DNA of 64,000 nt from Candidatus Latescibacterota bacterium (GTDB lineage: Bacteria; Latescibacterota; UBA2968; UBA8231), in NCBI GenBank assembly GCA_965203175.1, contig OZ241867.1, forward strand, positions 4,352,001 to 4,416,000. The letters are read 5' to 3'. How positions within the stretch are numbered: the stretch's first letter is position 1; each line of letters begins with the position of its first letter. A program made the translations under genes and the position numbers. The notes under the pieces are model-generated. The model was given only the letters and a program-made list of their open reading frames with translations, did no database searches and was not told the origin of the DNA. Shown here piece after piece: positions 56,239 to 64,000 of the stretch.

Positions 56239-56757
56239 TTGATTTGCCCCTCGTGTTCTCACGACAATATCTCTGGAGTGGACCTCTGCGAGGAGTGCGG
56301 CCAGAGCCTGAGCGAAGCGTACCAAGATTGGAGCAGCGAGGAGTTCAGGGGAATTTTTACTGAGCCGCTTTCCGCGCTCGATCCGCAGGAAATGGTCTGC
56401 GTGTCGCCGACTACGTCGTTAGCCGAGGTCATCTCACTGCTCAAGGAGCGGCACGTCGGCTGCGTGTTGGTGACCGGCGAGGGCGGGCAGCTAATCGGCA
56501 TATTTACCGAGCGCGACATCCTCTATCGGGTGGCGGGCTTAATCAGCGATTTGGAACAGATCGCAGTCGAGAGCCTGATGACGCCGAAACCCACCGCGCT
56601 CAAGGCCGATGCGGCCGTGCAGCACGCTCTGCATTTGATGAGCATCCACGGCTTCCGCCACGTGCCGCTATTGGACGATGACGACCGCCCGGTTGGCTTG
56701 GTCTCGTTTAGGTACATCGTCCGTTTTATCGAAGAGAATTTTTCCTCCGCAGCTTGA
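56239..56757 (+). CDS. Zinc-ribbon plus CBS domain protein
   Basis: CPSC..N..G.D.CEECG; GIFTERD; GFRHVP; AGGAG RBS with TTG. Confidence 0.85.
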   Translation: MICPSCSHDNISGVDLCEECGQSLSEAYQDWSSEEFRGIFTEPLSALDPQEMVCVSPTTSLAEVISLLKERHVGCVLVTGEGGQLIGIFTERDILYRVAGLISDLEQIAVESLMTPKPTALKADAAVQHALHLMSIHGFRHVPLLDDDDRPVGLVSFRYIVRFIEENFSSAA

Positions 56758-56807
56758 GGGAGTTGGCCGCTGAGCTCACTCCAGTTTTCTTGAAAGGCGG
56801 TTGCGAT

Positions 56808-57290
56808 ATGCCATTGAGCCGCACGGCGATATGTTTACTCCTCGCGTTAGTCCTGTTAAGTCCTCTAGGAGTTAGGGCTGAATTAGACTGGGCCACTCTG
56901 AATAGCACGCGCGAGATCACCGAAGCCGAGTGGTTACAGGTACAACTGTCCGTATTGGGGTTAAAACTGAGCTATCCGGCCTACCGCATCGACCTAAAGC
57001 TGACCGAAGACTCGGCGATTGAATTTACCTTTATCGCCAGTAGTGGGATGGCCGAGCATCTGACCGAAGACCTAGGTAAGAGCGAAGCCGAAGAGGTGAT
57101 TTCCTACCACGCGCAGGGCATAAGCGACCAAGTAGAGGCATTGGTCCGCGATGAGTTCCCGGACTTATGGTCGGGCTTTGACGTCGACGAAGATGTCCGC
57201 GGGCAATTCCTCGGCCCAGGTGAGAAGTGGAACGATCCGCCGCGAGAAATCGGCACTTGGTTGGAAAACAAATTCTCTTGGGGACGCTAA
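56808..57290 (+). CDS. Hypothetical exported acidic protein
   Basis: Signal peptide (..VRA), acidic body. Confidence 0.65.
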   Translation: MPLSRTAICLLLALVLLSPLGVRAELDWATLNSTREITEAEWLQVQLSVLGLKLSYPAYRIDLKLTEDSAIEFTFIASSGMAEHLTEDLGKSEAEEVISYHAQGISDQVEALVRDEFPDLWSGFDVDEDVRGQFLGPGEKWNDPPREIGTWLENKFSWGR

Positions 57291-57302
57291 GCGCTAGTGC
57301 CC

Positions 57303-57539
57303 TCATTCCGGGTCGCGGAGGGGCATTGCGCCTTGCGTTGACTCGTCGAGGGAGATGTCCTTGTCGATGACCGGCTCTTCGGTGATCACGATCCAGCCGC
57401 GCACCCGCTGACCGAAAACGCTAATCTCCTTGCGCTGGGCGTCGATGACCCTGGACGAAGCCGTATGCCGCTCTTTGTTGATACAGAAAAAGGTGTGCCG
57501 TCGCGTCACTCCTTTTTCTTTCCCTTCCATGCTTTCCAT
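57303..57539 (-). CDS. Small hypothetical protein
   Basis: Directly downstream of hemE on same strand, AAGGG RBS. Confidence 0.45.
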   Translation of the reverse strand: MESMEGKEKGVTRRHTFFCINKERHTASSRVIDAQRKEISVFGQRVRGWIVITEEPVIDKDISLDESTQGAMPLRDPE

Positions 57540-57552
57540 TCGCTTTACCCTT

Positions 57553-58584
57553 TCAAGTTTGCGCGAATTGGTGGACCACATCCACTAACGATTTGACCTT
57601 TTCATAGGGCGTGTCTGGATAGACGCCGTGCCCCAAGTTGAAGATGTGGGGGCGACCTCGGCCCTGCTCCAGAATGCGCTGGGCCGCCGCGGCAATGCTC
57701 GCTTCCGAGCCGTAGAGGGCACAGGGATCTAGATTGCCCTGTAAAGGCATGGTATCCCCGAACAATCCATAAGCTGTATCTAAGTCGATTCGCCAATCGA
57801 GGCTCAGGACATGGGCACCGACGCGGCCAAAGCAAGACAGGTTTTGCGCCCCGGCAAACGGGAAGTAAATGACCGGAACATTCAGTGGGGCGAGACTGCG
57901 GCAAACTCGCTGTACATAGGGCAAGGCGAATTCGTTGAATTGCGTCGGGGACAACAAACCGATGGAAGTATCGAAAATCTGGACGGCTTGGGCTCCGGCT
58001 TCTATCTGTGCGCGCAAGAAGCGGCCGACGAGATCGCTGAGCAGATCGAGGAGCCGATGGGCGAGAGCAGGATTGCTGTGGATCATACGGCGGAAGGCGG
58101 GGAAGTCTTTCGCATGACCTCCTTCCACCAGCCAAGTGGCCAAGGTAAAAGGCCCCCCGGCATACCCGATGAGCGGGACGGCTGGCGGCAGGGCGCTGTG
58201 CGCTAGCCGGGCGGCTTCTAAGACGTAGGCGAGGTCATCTTCGGGGACGGGGTTGTGGAGACCGTCGATGTCGGCGGCGGAGCGGATAGGGCGGGCGAAA
58301 ATTGGGCCAGGTGCGTAGGTCAGTTCGCAGCCGAGCGCTTCTAAGGGCGTCACTAAGTCGGTAAAGAGAATGGCCGCATCGACCCCGAGCAGATCGACCG
58401 GCATGAGGGTAATTTCAGCGGCGAGCTCGGGGGTTTTGAAAAGTGTGAGCAGTGAGCCGTGCCGCTGACGTAGCTCCCTGTAAGGTTTGAGAATGCGGCC
58501 AGCTTGGCGCATGATCCAGATGGGAGGAGTCGCCGGCACTTGGCCCCGACAGGCTTGGAGAAAGGGGGCGGATGGATCGGACAA
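57553..58584 (-). CDS. hemE: Uroporphyrinogen decarboxylase
   Basis: PIWIMRQAGR, DAAILF.D, GGPFTLA, LQGNLDP, HIFNLGHG. Confidence 0.95.
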   Translation of the reverse strand: MSDPSAPFLQACRGQVPATPPIWIMRQAGRILKPYRELRQRHGSLLTLFKTPELAAEITLMPVDLLGVDAAILFTDLVTPLEALGCELTYAPGPIFARPIRSAADIDGLHNPVPEDDLAYVLEAARLAHSALPPAVPLIGYAGGPFTLATWLVEGGHAKDFPAFRRMIHSNPALAHRLLDLLSDLVGRFLRAQIEAGAQAVQIFDTSIGLLSPTQFNEFALPYVQRVCRSLAPLNVPVIYFPFAGAQNLSCFGRVGAHVLSLDWRIDLDTAYGLFGDTMPLQGNLDPCALYGSEASIAAAAQRILEQGRGRPHIFNLGHGVYPDTPYEKVKSLVDVVHQFAQT

Positions 58585-58588
58585 AGCG

Positions 58589-60919
58589 CTAGCGACCGGG
58601 TTCGACCATCCACTCGGGCAGGGCGATGCGATAGGTGACCACATCCTCCAGCGGTTTGAAGCGGACGCGGTCTCCTTCCATGTCGGCCCGGTAGATGTCG
58701 GGCTCTTCGTCCTCGGACTTAAAGGCCAAAAGGCGCAAAGGAGGCAGTTTGCGATCTGGCCAGTACTGGCCTACATCGATTACTATATCGGCTTGGCACC
58801 CAAAGGGCACTACGTCAATTTCCCATTTGCGCTCTTTAATGGCCACGGCACCGTCGAACTCTATGGGGCCAAATTGCCCCCGTTGCCCTCGAGTATCGAC
58901 GAACAAATAGTCCTCGCAAGAGGCGTAGTCTATGTGCCCCAAGCCAGCGTCGGCCGAATAGACCAGCAACGATGAGTCTTTCCAGGCGCAAAAGGAGCCT
59001 GGAGGAAGGTGGTAGGCTACATCGCTCCGATGGACAGTCCAAGGCTGCTCCCAGCCGAGGTTGGCATAGACTTCAAGGCCATTGACGTATATCACCCGTA
59101 CCTGTCCTTGGGCAAACGCGCCGGAAAGCAGGGCATCGTTGGTCTCCAGAAACTGGTCGTTATGGCAATAGGCGATGGAGCGAACAGGGACGCGGAGATA
59201 GTGCTTTTGCAGTTCGCGTAGCATGTAATAGGATTTAATCGTAGATGCGATGCCCCACTCTAGCTGGTCGGGGACCAGACAGGCGTGGCCAAAGGCCGCG
59301 GTAGCGGCGAGATAGCGATCGAGATAGGCGCTGCGGCTGTGTTTCTCGCCTTGGGGGATGTGCCCGGCAAAGTACTGGTCAATGGTGCCCAGACCCGCAT
59401 CGGTCTCAACGATATGGAGGTTTTGCAGGTCGAAGTCCACCAGCGGCGGAATGCGACTAGGGTCGTCCCCGACCATGCGAGCGAGGTAGCCGGTTAGGAC
59501 GCCGGCGTAGAACCAGTGGTTGCCGCCACTCCCGATGGCCAAGCCGGCTTGGGCTTGGGAATGGAGGAGGCTTCGTTGCAGGGAATAGCTGCCTACCAAG
59601 TCACCAATTCCTGATTTGTCGGCGCTGAAGTCGTTGAATTCCCAAGGGGGGATCTCGGCGTGTTCGCTTACGTACAGTGTGTCGCAGGGGTATTTTTCGC
59701 TGATGGTATGCGCATGTTCGGGTGCGCGCGCCAGAGCTTCGGATGGCTTGAACAAATAGAGCCCAGGTCCGGTTGGAGTCGAGGTTCCGTCGGCGAGTTG
59801 GGCTGCTGATTCAGGCCGCCAATTCGGGTTGGTAGGAGCGATGTGGCGATAGTTGACTTGAAGGCTGGTTTTATAACCCAGATCCGACAGGGCCTCAAGG
59901 TACTCGCTGAGGGCGTCTTCGCCTCCTTTAGCCTCGGCTCCTTCCACCGCGAGTATGGCGTCGCCGTCGCCATCGTGCCAAGTTTCGCCGGGATGGTTGA
60001 TCAGCAGGTGATCGACGCCCATCAGCTTGAGCTGAAGCATATTCTCGTATAGTTCGACGTAGCTTTCTTGGGATGCGTCGATATAGGGGATGTTGTACCA
60101 GACCCAGTCGGCTAACGTTTCGCTTTGCTCGGTCTCGGTCGTGGGAAAGGCTGGGAGGACTTCCTCGTATTGGGTGGAGACGGTTATGAGCCAGCGCTCC
60201 TGAAAATCGCTGCGCTTGCCGTCGCCTTGGCTGGCGTAGCTACAGCCGCCGTTGAGTTGTACGAGGCGCTGAGATTCTGCTTCGGGCGGGGCGTACAGAG
60301 AGGAAGCACGCGAGTAGTGCCAATCCACAAAGCTAGACAGGAAGTAGCCCGAGGTGCAGAGAATGTGCGGGTAGTTATCGCCGAAGTTGAAATAGGGAAT
60401 GGCGATCAGGCGCGGGTGCAAGGCCCCGGTGACGCGACCGAGCGAGAGGCCAGTGCCCTTGCCATGCCCGCCCTCTATTTCCACTACGAGGGATTTGCCG
60501 CTGATGCGGAACCGGTAGAGAAAATTGGCTTGTTCCTCCCCTAGTTTCCATTGCCAGCGGGCTTCGACGCAATCGCCGACTTGCTCGCAGGAGATGAAGT
60601 GCCGCTCTACTTCTTCGCTGTCAGGCGGTCGAACCGAACTGCCCATTTCCACGGCAATCCCGCCGTCTTCGGCTGGGGTGATTGGGTCGCCATTGTTGAC
60701 TTCTAACTCGATATCGGCAAAGGTTCCATCTATTGGCGTGTAGATATATTGGACGACGGCAGAGACGGAGCGGCTCTCAAAGATAAAGGAGATACCCTCT
60801 TTGCGGATCGAGGTTTCGACTTCTTCGTGGAGCGTGGGAAAGATCGAGGTTTGGCTTTGGCTAGTGGATGCGGGTTGTTGCTCGCCCATAGCCGTCGCCG
60901 CCCCTGTGAGGTCTGCCAT
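58589..60919 (-). CDS. Large hypothetical protein (possible glycoside-hydrolase-like fold)
   Basis: 776-aa acidic ORF, no signal peptide, coupled to hemE. Confidence 0.6.
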   Translation of the reverse strand: MADLTGAATAMGEQQPASTSQSQTSIFPTLHEEVETSIRKEGISFIFESRSVSAVVQYIYTPIDGTFADIELEVNNGDPITPAEDGGIAVEMGSSVRPPDSEEVERHFISCEQVGDCVEARWQWKLGEEQANFLYRFRISGKSLVVEIEGGHGKGTGLSLGRVTGALHPRLIAIPYFNFGDNYPHILCTSGYFLSSFVDWHYSRASSLYAPPEAESQRLVQLNGGCSYASQGDGKRSDFQERWLITVSTQYEEVLPAFPTTETEQSETLADWVWYNIPYIDASQESYVELYENMLQLKLMGVDHLLINHPGETWHDGDGDAILAVEGAEAKGGEDALSEYLEALSDLGYKTSLQVNYRHIAPTNPNWRPESAAQLADGTSTPTGPGLYLFKPSEALARAPEHAHTISEKYPCDTLYVSEHAEIPPWEFNDFSADKSGIGDLVGSYSLQRSLLHSQAQAGLAIGSGGNHWFYAGVLTGYLARMVGDDPSRIPPLVDFDLQNLHIVETDAGLGTIDQYFAGHIPQGEKHSRSAYLDRYLAATAAFGHACLVPDQLEWGIASTIKSYYMLRELQKHYLRVPVRSIAYCHNDQFLETNDALLSGAFAQGQVRVIYVNGLEVYANLGWEQPWTVHRSDVAYHLPPGSFCAWKDSSLLVYSADAGLGHIDYASCEDYLFVDTRGQRGQFGPIEFDGAVAIKERKWEIDVVPFGCQADIVIDVGQYWPDRKLPPLRLLAFKSEDEEPDIYRADMEGDRVRFKPLEDVVTYRIALPEWMVEPGR

Positions 60920-61061
60920 GGAATGTCCTGACTCAGCGCGTTTTTAATTTTTCCAAAGTTAAAAAACTTAGATAATAAACGGGAGTATGTCAAACTGGAG
61001 GCCTTTGGTTTGACCGAGGGCTAGAGCTGTTCTATCTTATTGTTTTTTAATAATTAGCTAT

Positions 61062-62309
61062 GTGGAAACAGGCTTGAAATCAGGGGATTGCATAGTGGTC
61101 GGCGGTGGGGCCGCCGGGATGCTAGCGGCCATTGTTGCCGCCGAGGCGGGCGAGCGGGTAACTCTGCTCGAAGGAAGTGGAAAATTGGGACGGAAAATAT
61201 TGATTTCGGGCAATGGGCGCTGCAACCTGACGAATAAGGCCGCGGACGACCTCAGGCACTACCACGGCACGCATCCGCGTTTTGTCCGCAGCGCGCTAGA
61301 CCAATTCCGCCTAGAGGAAACCTTGGCGTTTTTTGCCGATCTGGGGATCGAGTTCCGCGAAGAAAAACGGCAGCGCCTCTTTCCGGTGTCGGATCAAGCG
61401 CAGTCGGTCATCGATTTGCTCGCGGATCGGATGCGCTGCCTGGGCATCCGCGTCAAAACCAATGCCAAGGTGGTGGGAATGGGCCGCGCTTCTGGCGCGT
61501 CTCGCTTTGAACTGCGCGATGCCGAGGGGCAGCGCTACACCGGAGCGCGCGTAATCTTGGCCAGCGGCGGCGTCAGCCTCGCCCGCTTGGGAGCCGACCG
61601 CTCGGGCATGGACTTGGCCGTGGCTATGGGGCACCGGCTCACCGACCTCAAGCCCGGGTTGGTGCCGCTGATCAGCCCGGAAAAATACCTCGCTCGCATG
61701 CAAGGGCTTAAGGTCCGGGCCGAAGTGCGCGTCACACTCAAAGGAGGGCGCGAGGCCGTTGATATAGACGACTTGCTTTTTACAAAATACGGGGTTTCTG
61801 GATTCACCATATTGAACCTCAGCGCCCGCTTGGTGCCCGAGTTAGGGGCGAAGCGAGCCGTGCTCCGGATCAATTTCTTCCCTGGCCGCAGCCCGGAAGC
61901 AATCAGTCAATTGCTCAAAGAGCGCTGGCAGCGCCATCCGCATCGCTCGCTCGAACTGAGTTTCGCTGGCCTACTTTCCAGCAAATTGGTGCGGCCCCTC
62001 TTGGATCATTTGGGATTTGACGCGGCGCAGCAGGTTGATCAGCTTGGCAAGGGCGCGCGCTGGCAACTTGCCCAACGCCTGACGAATTGGCCGATTGCAG
62101 TCAGCGGCCCGAGGCCCTTTGACTACGCCGAAGTGACAATCGGGGGCGTGCGCACCGAGGACATCAATCCCGATACGCTCGAATCCTTTTTGGTGCCCGG
62201 CCTGTATTTTGCCGGCGAGATGGTGGACATTCACGCCGACTTGGGGGGATTTAACTTCCAGTGGGCTTGGGCCAGTGGCGTTCTCGCCGGTCGTCGGTTG
62301 GGGTCGTGA
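61062..62309 (+). CDS. HI0933/BaiN family flavoprotein
   Basis: GGGAAG, GRKILISGNGRCNLTN, VTIGGV, GLYFAGE..D..LGGFNFQWAWASG. Confidence 0.92.
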   Translation: METGLKSGDCIVVGGGAAGMLAAIVAAEAGERVTLLEGSGKLGRKILISGNGRCNLTNKAADDLRHYHGTHPRFVRSALDQFRLEETLAFFADLGIEFREEKRQRLFPVSDQAQSVIDLLADRMRCLGIRVKTNAKVVGMGRASGASRFELRDAEGQRYTGARVILASGGVSLARLGADRSGMDLAVAMGHRLTDLKPGLVPLISPEKYLARMQGLKVRAEVRVTLKGGREAVDIDDLLFTKYGVSGFTILNLSARLVPELGAKRAVLRINFFPGRSPEAISQLLKERWQRHPHRSLELSFAGLLSSKLVRPLLDHLGFDAAQQVDQLGKGARWQLAQRLTNWPIAVSGPRPFDYAEVTIGGVRTEDINPDTLESFLVPGLYFAGEMVDIHADLGGFNFQWAWASGVLAGRRLGS

Positions 62310-62348
62310 GCACTGGCGCGATTTGCCTGTGGGCGTAGATTGAAATAG

Positions 62349-62975
62349 ATGCGAACAGATGAGACTGGCCGGGTGGCCGGCATCATTTTGGCGGCGGGCA
62401 TGTCCACCCGCATGGGACAGCTCAAACAGCTATTGCCCTTGGGCGGGCGGGCGGCTATTGAATGGATCGCCGAGGTCGTGGGTAGCCGGTTGGATGAGGT
62501 GGTGGTCGTACTCGGCCATCGCGCTGAGGAGATTACCCCAGTGTTGGCCGCTTATCCGGTCCGTTGGGTCGTCAATGACGACTATCAAACAGGGATGCTC
62601 TCTTCCGTACAATGTGCTGTGCGAGCGGTGGATACTGAAGCCGATTACTTGATTTGCCTAGGTGATCAACCCCGGCTGAGCGGAGCCGTAGTGGAGCAGG
62701 TTTTGCAGACGAGAACACAGGTGGACGAGGGCATCATCATACCCACCGCCAACGGAAAAAGGGGGCATCCCGTATTGATTTGCAATGCCTATCGAGCGGA
62801 AATTTTGGGCTTGCCGCTGGATGTGGGATTGAACGCAGTGACCCGGGGGCATCCCGAGGATACGTACGAGTTGCCTGTGGCAGAGGAGGCCATTTTAACG
62901 GACATGGACACGCCCGCCGACTACCGGCGCGAACTGGAACAGTGGCCAGAAAATTATGGAAGATATCCTCACTGA
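62349..62975 (+). CDS. Molybdenum cofactor cytidylyltransferase (MocA-like)
   Basis: ILAAGMSTRMG..KQLL, GMLSS, LGDQP, GHPV, DMDTPADY. Confidence 0.85.
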   Translation: MRTDETGRVAGIILAAGMSTRMGQLKQLLPLGGRAAIEWIAEVVGSRLDEVVVVLGHRAEEITPVLAAYPVRWVVNDDYQTGMLSSVQCAVRAVDTEADYLICLGDQPRLSGAVVEQVLQTRTQVDEGIIIPTANGKRGHPVLICNAYRAEILGLPLDVGLNAVTRGHPEDTYELPVAEEAILTDMDTPADYRRELEQWPENYGRYPH

Positions 62976-64000
62976 AATTGTTCGGCGCAAGGAGCAGGGA
63001 GAGCGCATGGCTTTGGCTTCGCTTGTGTGGAGCACCGGCTCGATTCCCATGAGCGAGCGGGCCAAAATGATCGTCGCCGAAGAGGGGGACGTCGTCGGCA
63101 CCATAGGCGGCGGATGTCTTGAAGCCGAGGTCTTGAGCGCTGGCCGCACCGCGCTGGAGACCGGAGAAAACCAACTCCTGCGCTACACTATGACGGAAAA
63201 ACAAGCCGGGGAGAGCGGCTTAAATTGCGGCGGCAGCGTGCGGATTTACACCGAAGTCATCGAGCCGGACGAGGCGGCCGACTTTTATGGCCGCGTGTTA
63301 GCGGCGCGTCAGGCGCGCAGCGGTTGCGCGCTGGCGACCCTACTCAAAAGCCGTTTTGACGACACCGAGGAGGGGCGGCTGTGGCTAGGAGCCGACGGTA
63401 GCACCTACGGCTCGCTGGGCACGCTTGAAGCCGACCGTCAGGTGGAAGAGCGTTTGCCCGAAGTGATCACGCGCGAACGCGGTATAGTCTGCGCGCTGGA
63501 GTCGGATACCAGGCTGGGAGAGACTGCGGAAGTATTTATCGAACCGTTCCTGCCCGAACCTGTGCTCTACGTCTTCGGCGGAGGCCACGTAGGCGGGCAA
63601 ATTTGCGCGCTGGCCAAGAACGTGGGCTTTCGCGTTGTCCTTATTGATGACCGTCCGACATTTGCCAATCCCGAGCGGCATCCACAGGCCGATGAGTGTT
63701 TAGTCGCCGGCATGGAAGAGGTATTCGCCGATTTGCCCATCGACGATCAATCCTACATCATCGCGGCGACTCGTGGCCACCAGCACGACGAAATCGTCGT
63801 CGAAGCGGCGATCAAGACGCCAGCGCGCTACATCGGGATGCTGGGCAGCGAGCGCAAGAAGCTCATTTTGTGGCGGCGGATCGCCGAGCGCGGCGGGGAC
63901 TCGCAGCGCTTGGATGCCGTCTTTGCGCCGATTGGATTCAACATCGGCGCAGATACCCCGACCGAGATCGCGGTCAGCGTCGTCGCCGAGTTGATCGAGC
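62956..64000 (+). CDS. XdhC/CoxI family Moco insertion chaperone (3' truncated; absent from ORF track)
   Basis: Translated by hand: MEDILTE..GTIGGGCLEAE..CGG..FGGGHVG..DDR..TRGH.HD..YIGMLGS..PIG.NIGADTP.EIAVS; runs off the window end. Confidence 0.88.
   Translation, partial: MEDILTEIVRRKEQGERMALASLVWSTGSIPMSERAKMIVAEEGDVVGTIGGGCLEAEVLSAGRTALETGENQLLRYTMTEKQAGESGLNCGGSVRIYTEVIEPDEAADFYGRVLAARQARSGCALATLLKSRFDDTEEGRLWLGADGSTYGSLGTLEADRQVEERLPEVITRERGIVCALESDTRLGETAEVFIEPFLPEPVLYVFGGGHVGGQICALAKNVGFRVVLIDDRPTFANPERHPQADECLVAGMEEVFADLPIDDQSYIIAATRGHQHDEIVVEAAIKTPARYIGMLGSERKKLILWRRIAERGGDSQRLDAVFAPIGFNIGADTPTEIAVSVVAELIE

Noticed and set aside
1-64000. Stop-codon recoding or selenoproteins
   Set aside because: Recognised proteins end at expected lengths; MsrA/B and Prx active sites use ordinary Cys codons

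Overview
GC-rich chromosomal window from a diderm bacterium. An FCB-like lineage such as Latescibacterota is an inference from the short Bacteroidetes-type sigma70, the FlgD-Ig-tailed secreted protein, the BamA/Wzi barrels and RNase Y. The window holds about 60 genes, mostly housekeeping or envelope: GT2/radical SAM cluster, nth, ALDH, SSS transporter, sodA, prx, folE, KamA-family, rny, dxr, queD, FadN-like, sigma factor, tRNA-Asn, msrAB, korAB, hemE, MocA/XdhC. The most notable locus (14.0-19.0 kb) is a non-canonical phage-shock (PspA/ESCRT-III) system. A near-consensus sigma54 promoter with tandem upstream repeats precedes pspA, a membrane-anchored winged-helix protein, two small membrane proteins sharing a near-identical 22-codon module, a soluble TPR histidine kinase, and a PspF-like activator. 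The activator has gained a receiver domain and appears to lack the PspA-contact Trp. Other accessory features: a one-gene islet flanked by 66-67 bp direct repeats at tRNA-Asn; a defence islet (MmeI-like RM, Mrr-like nuclease fused to DUF433 across an A7 run, PIN toxin); an AbfD/HpaB-family flavoprotein lacking Fe-S cysteines; and a degenerate UvrA paralogue. All family calls come from motif recognition by eye; no searches were run.
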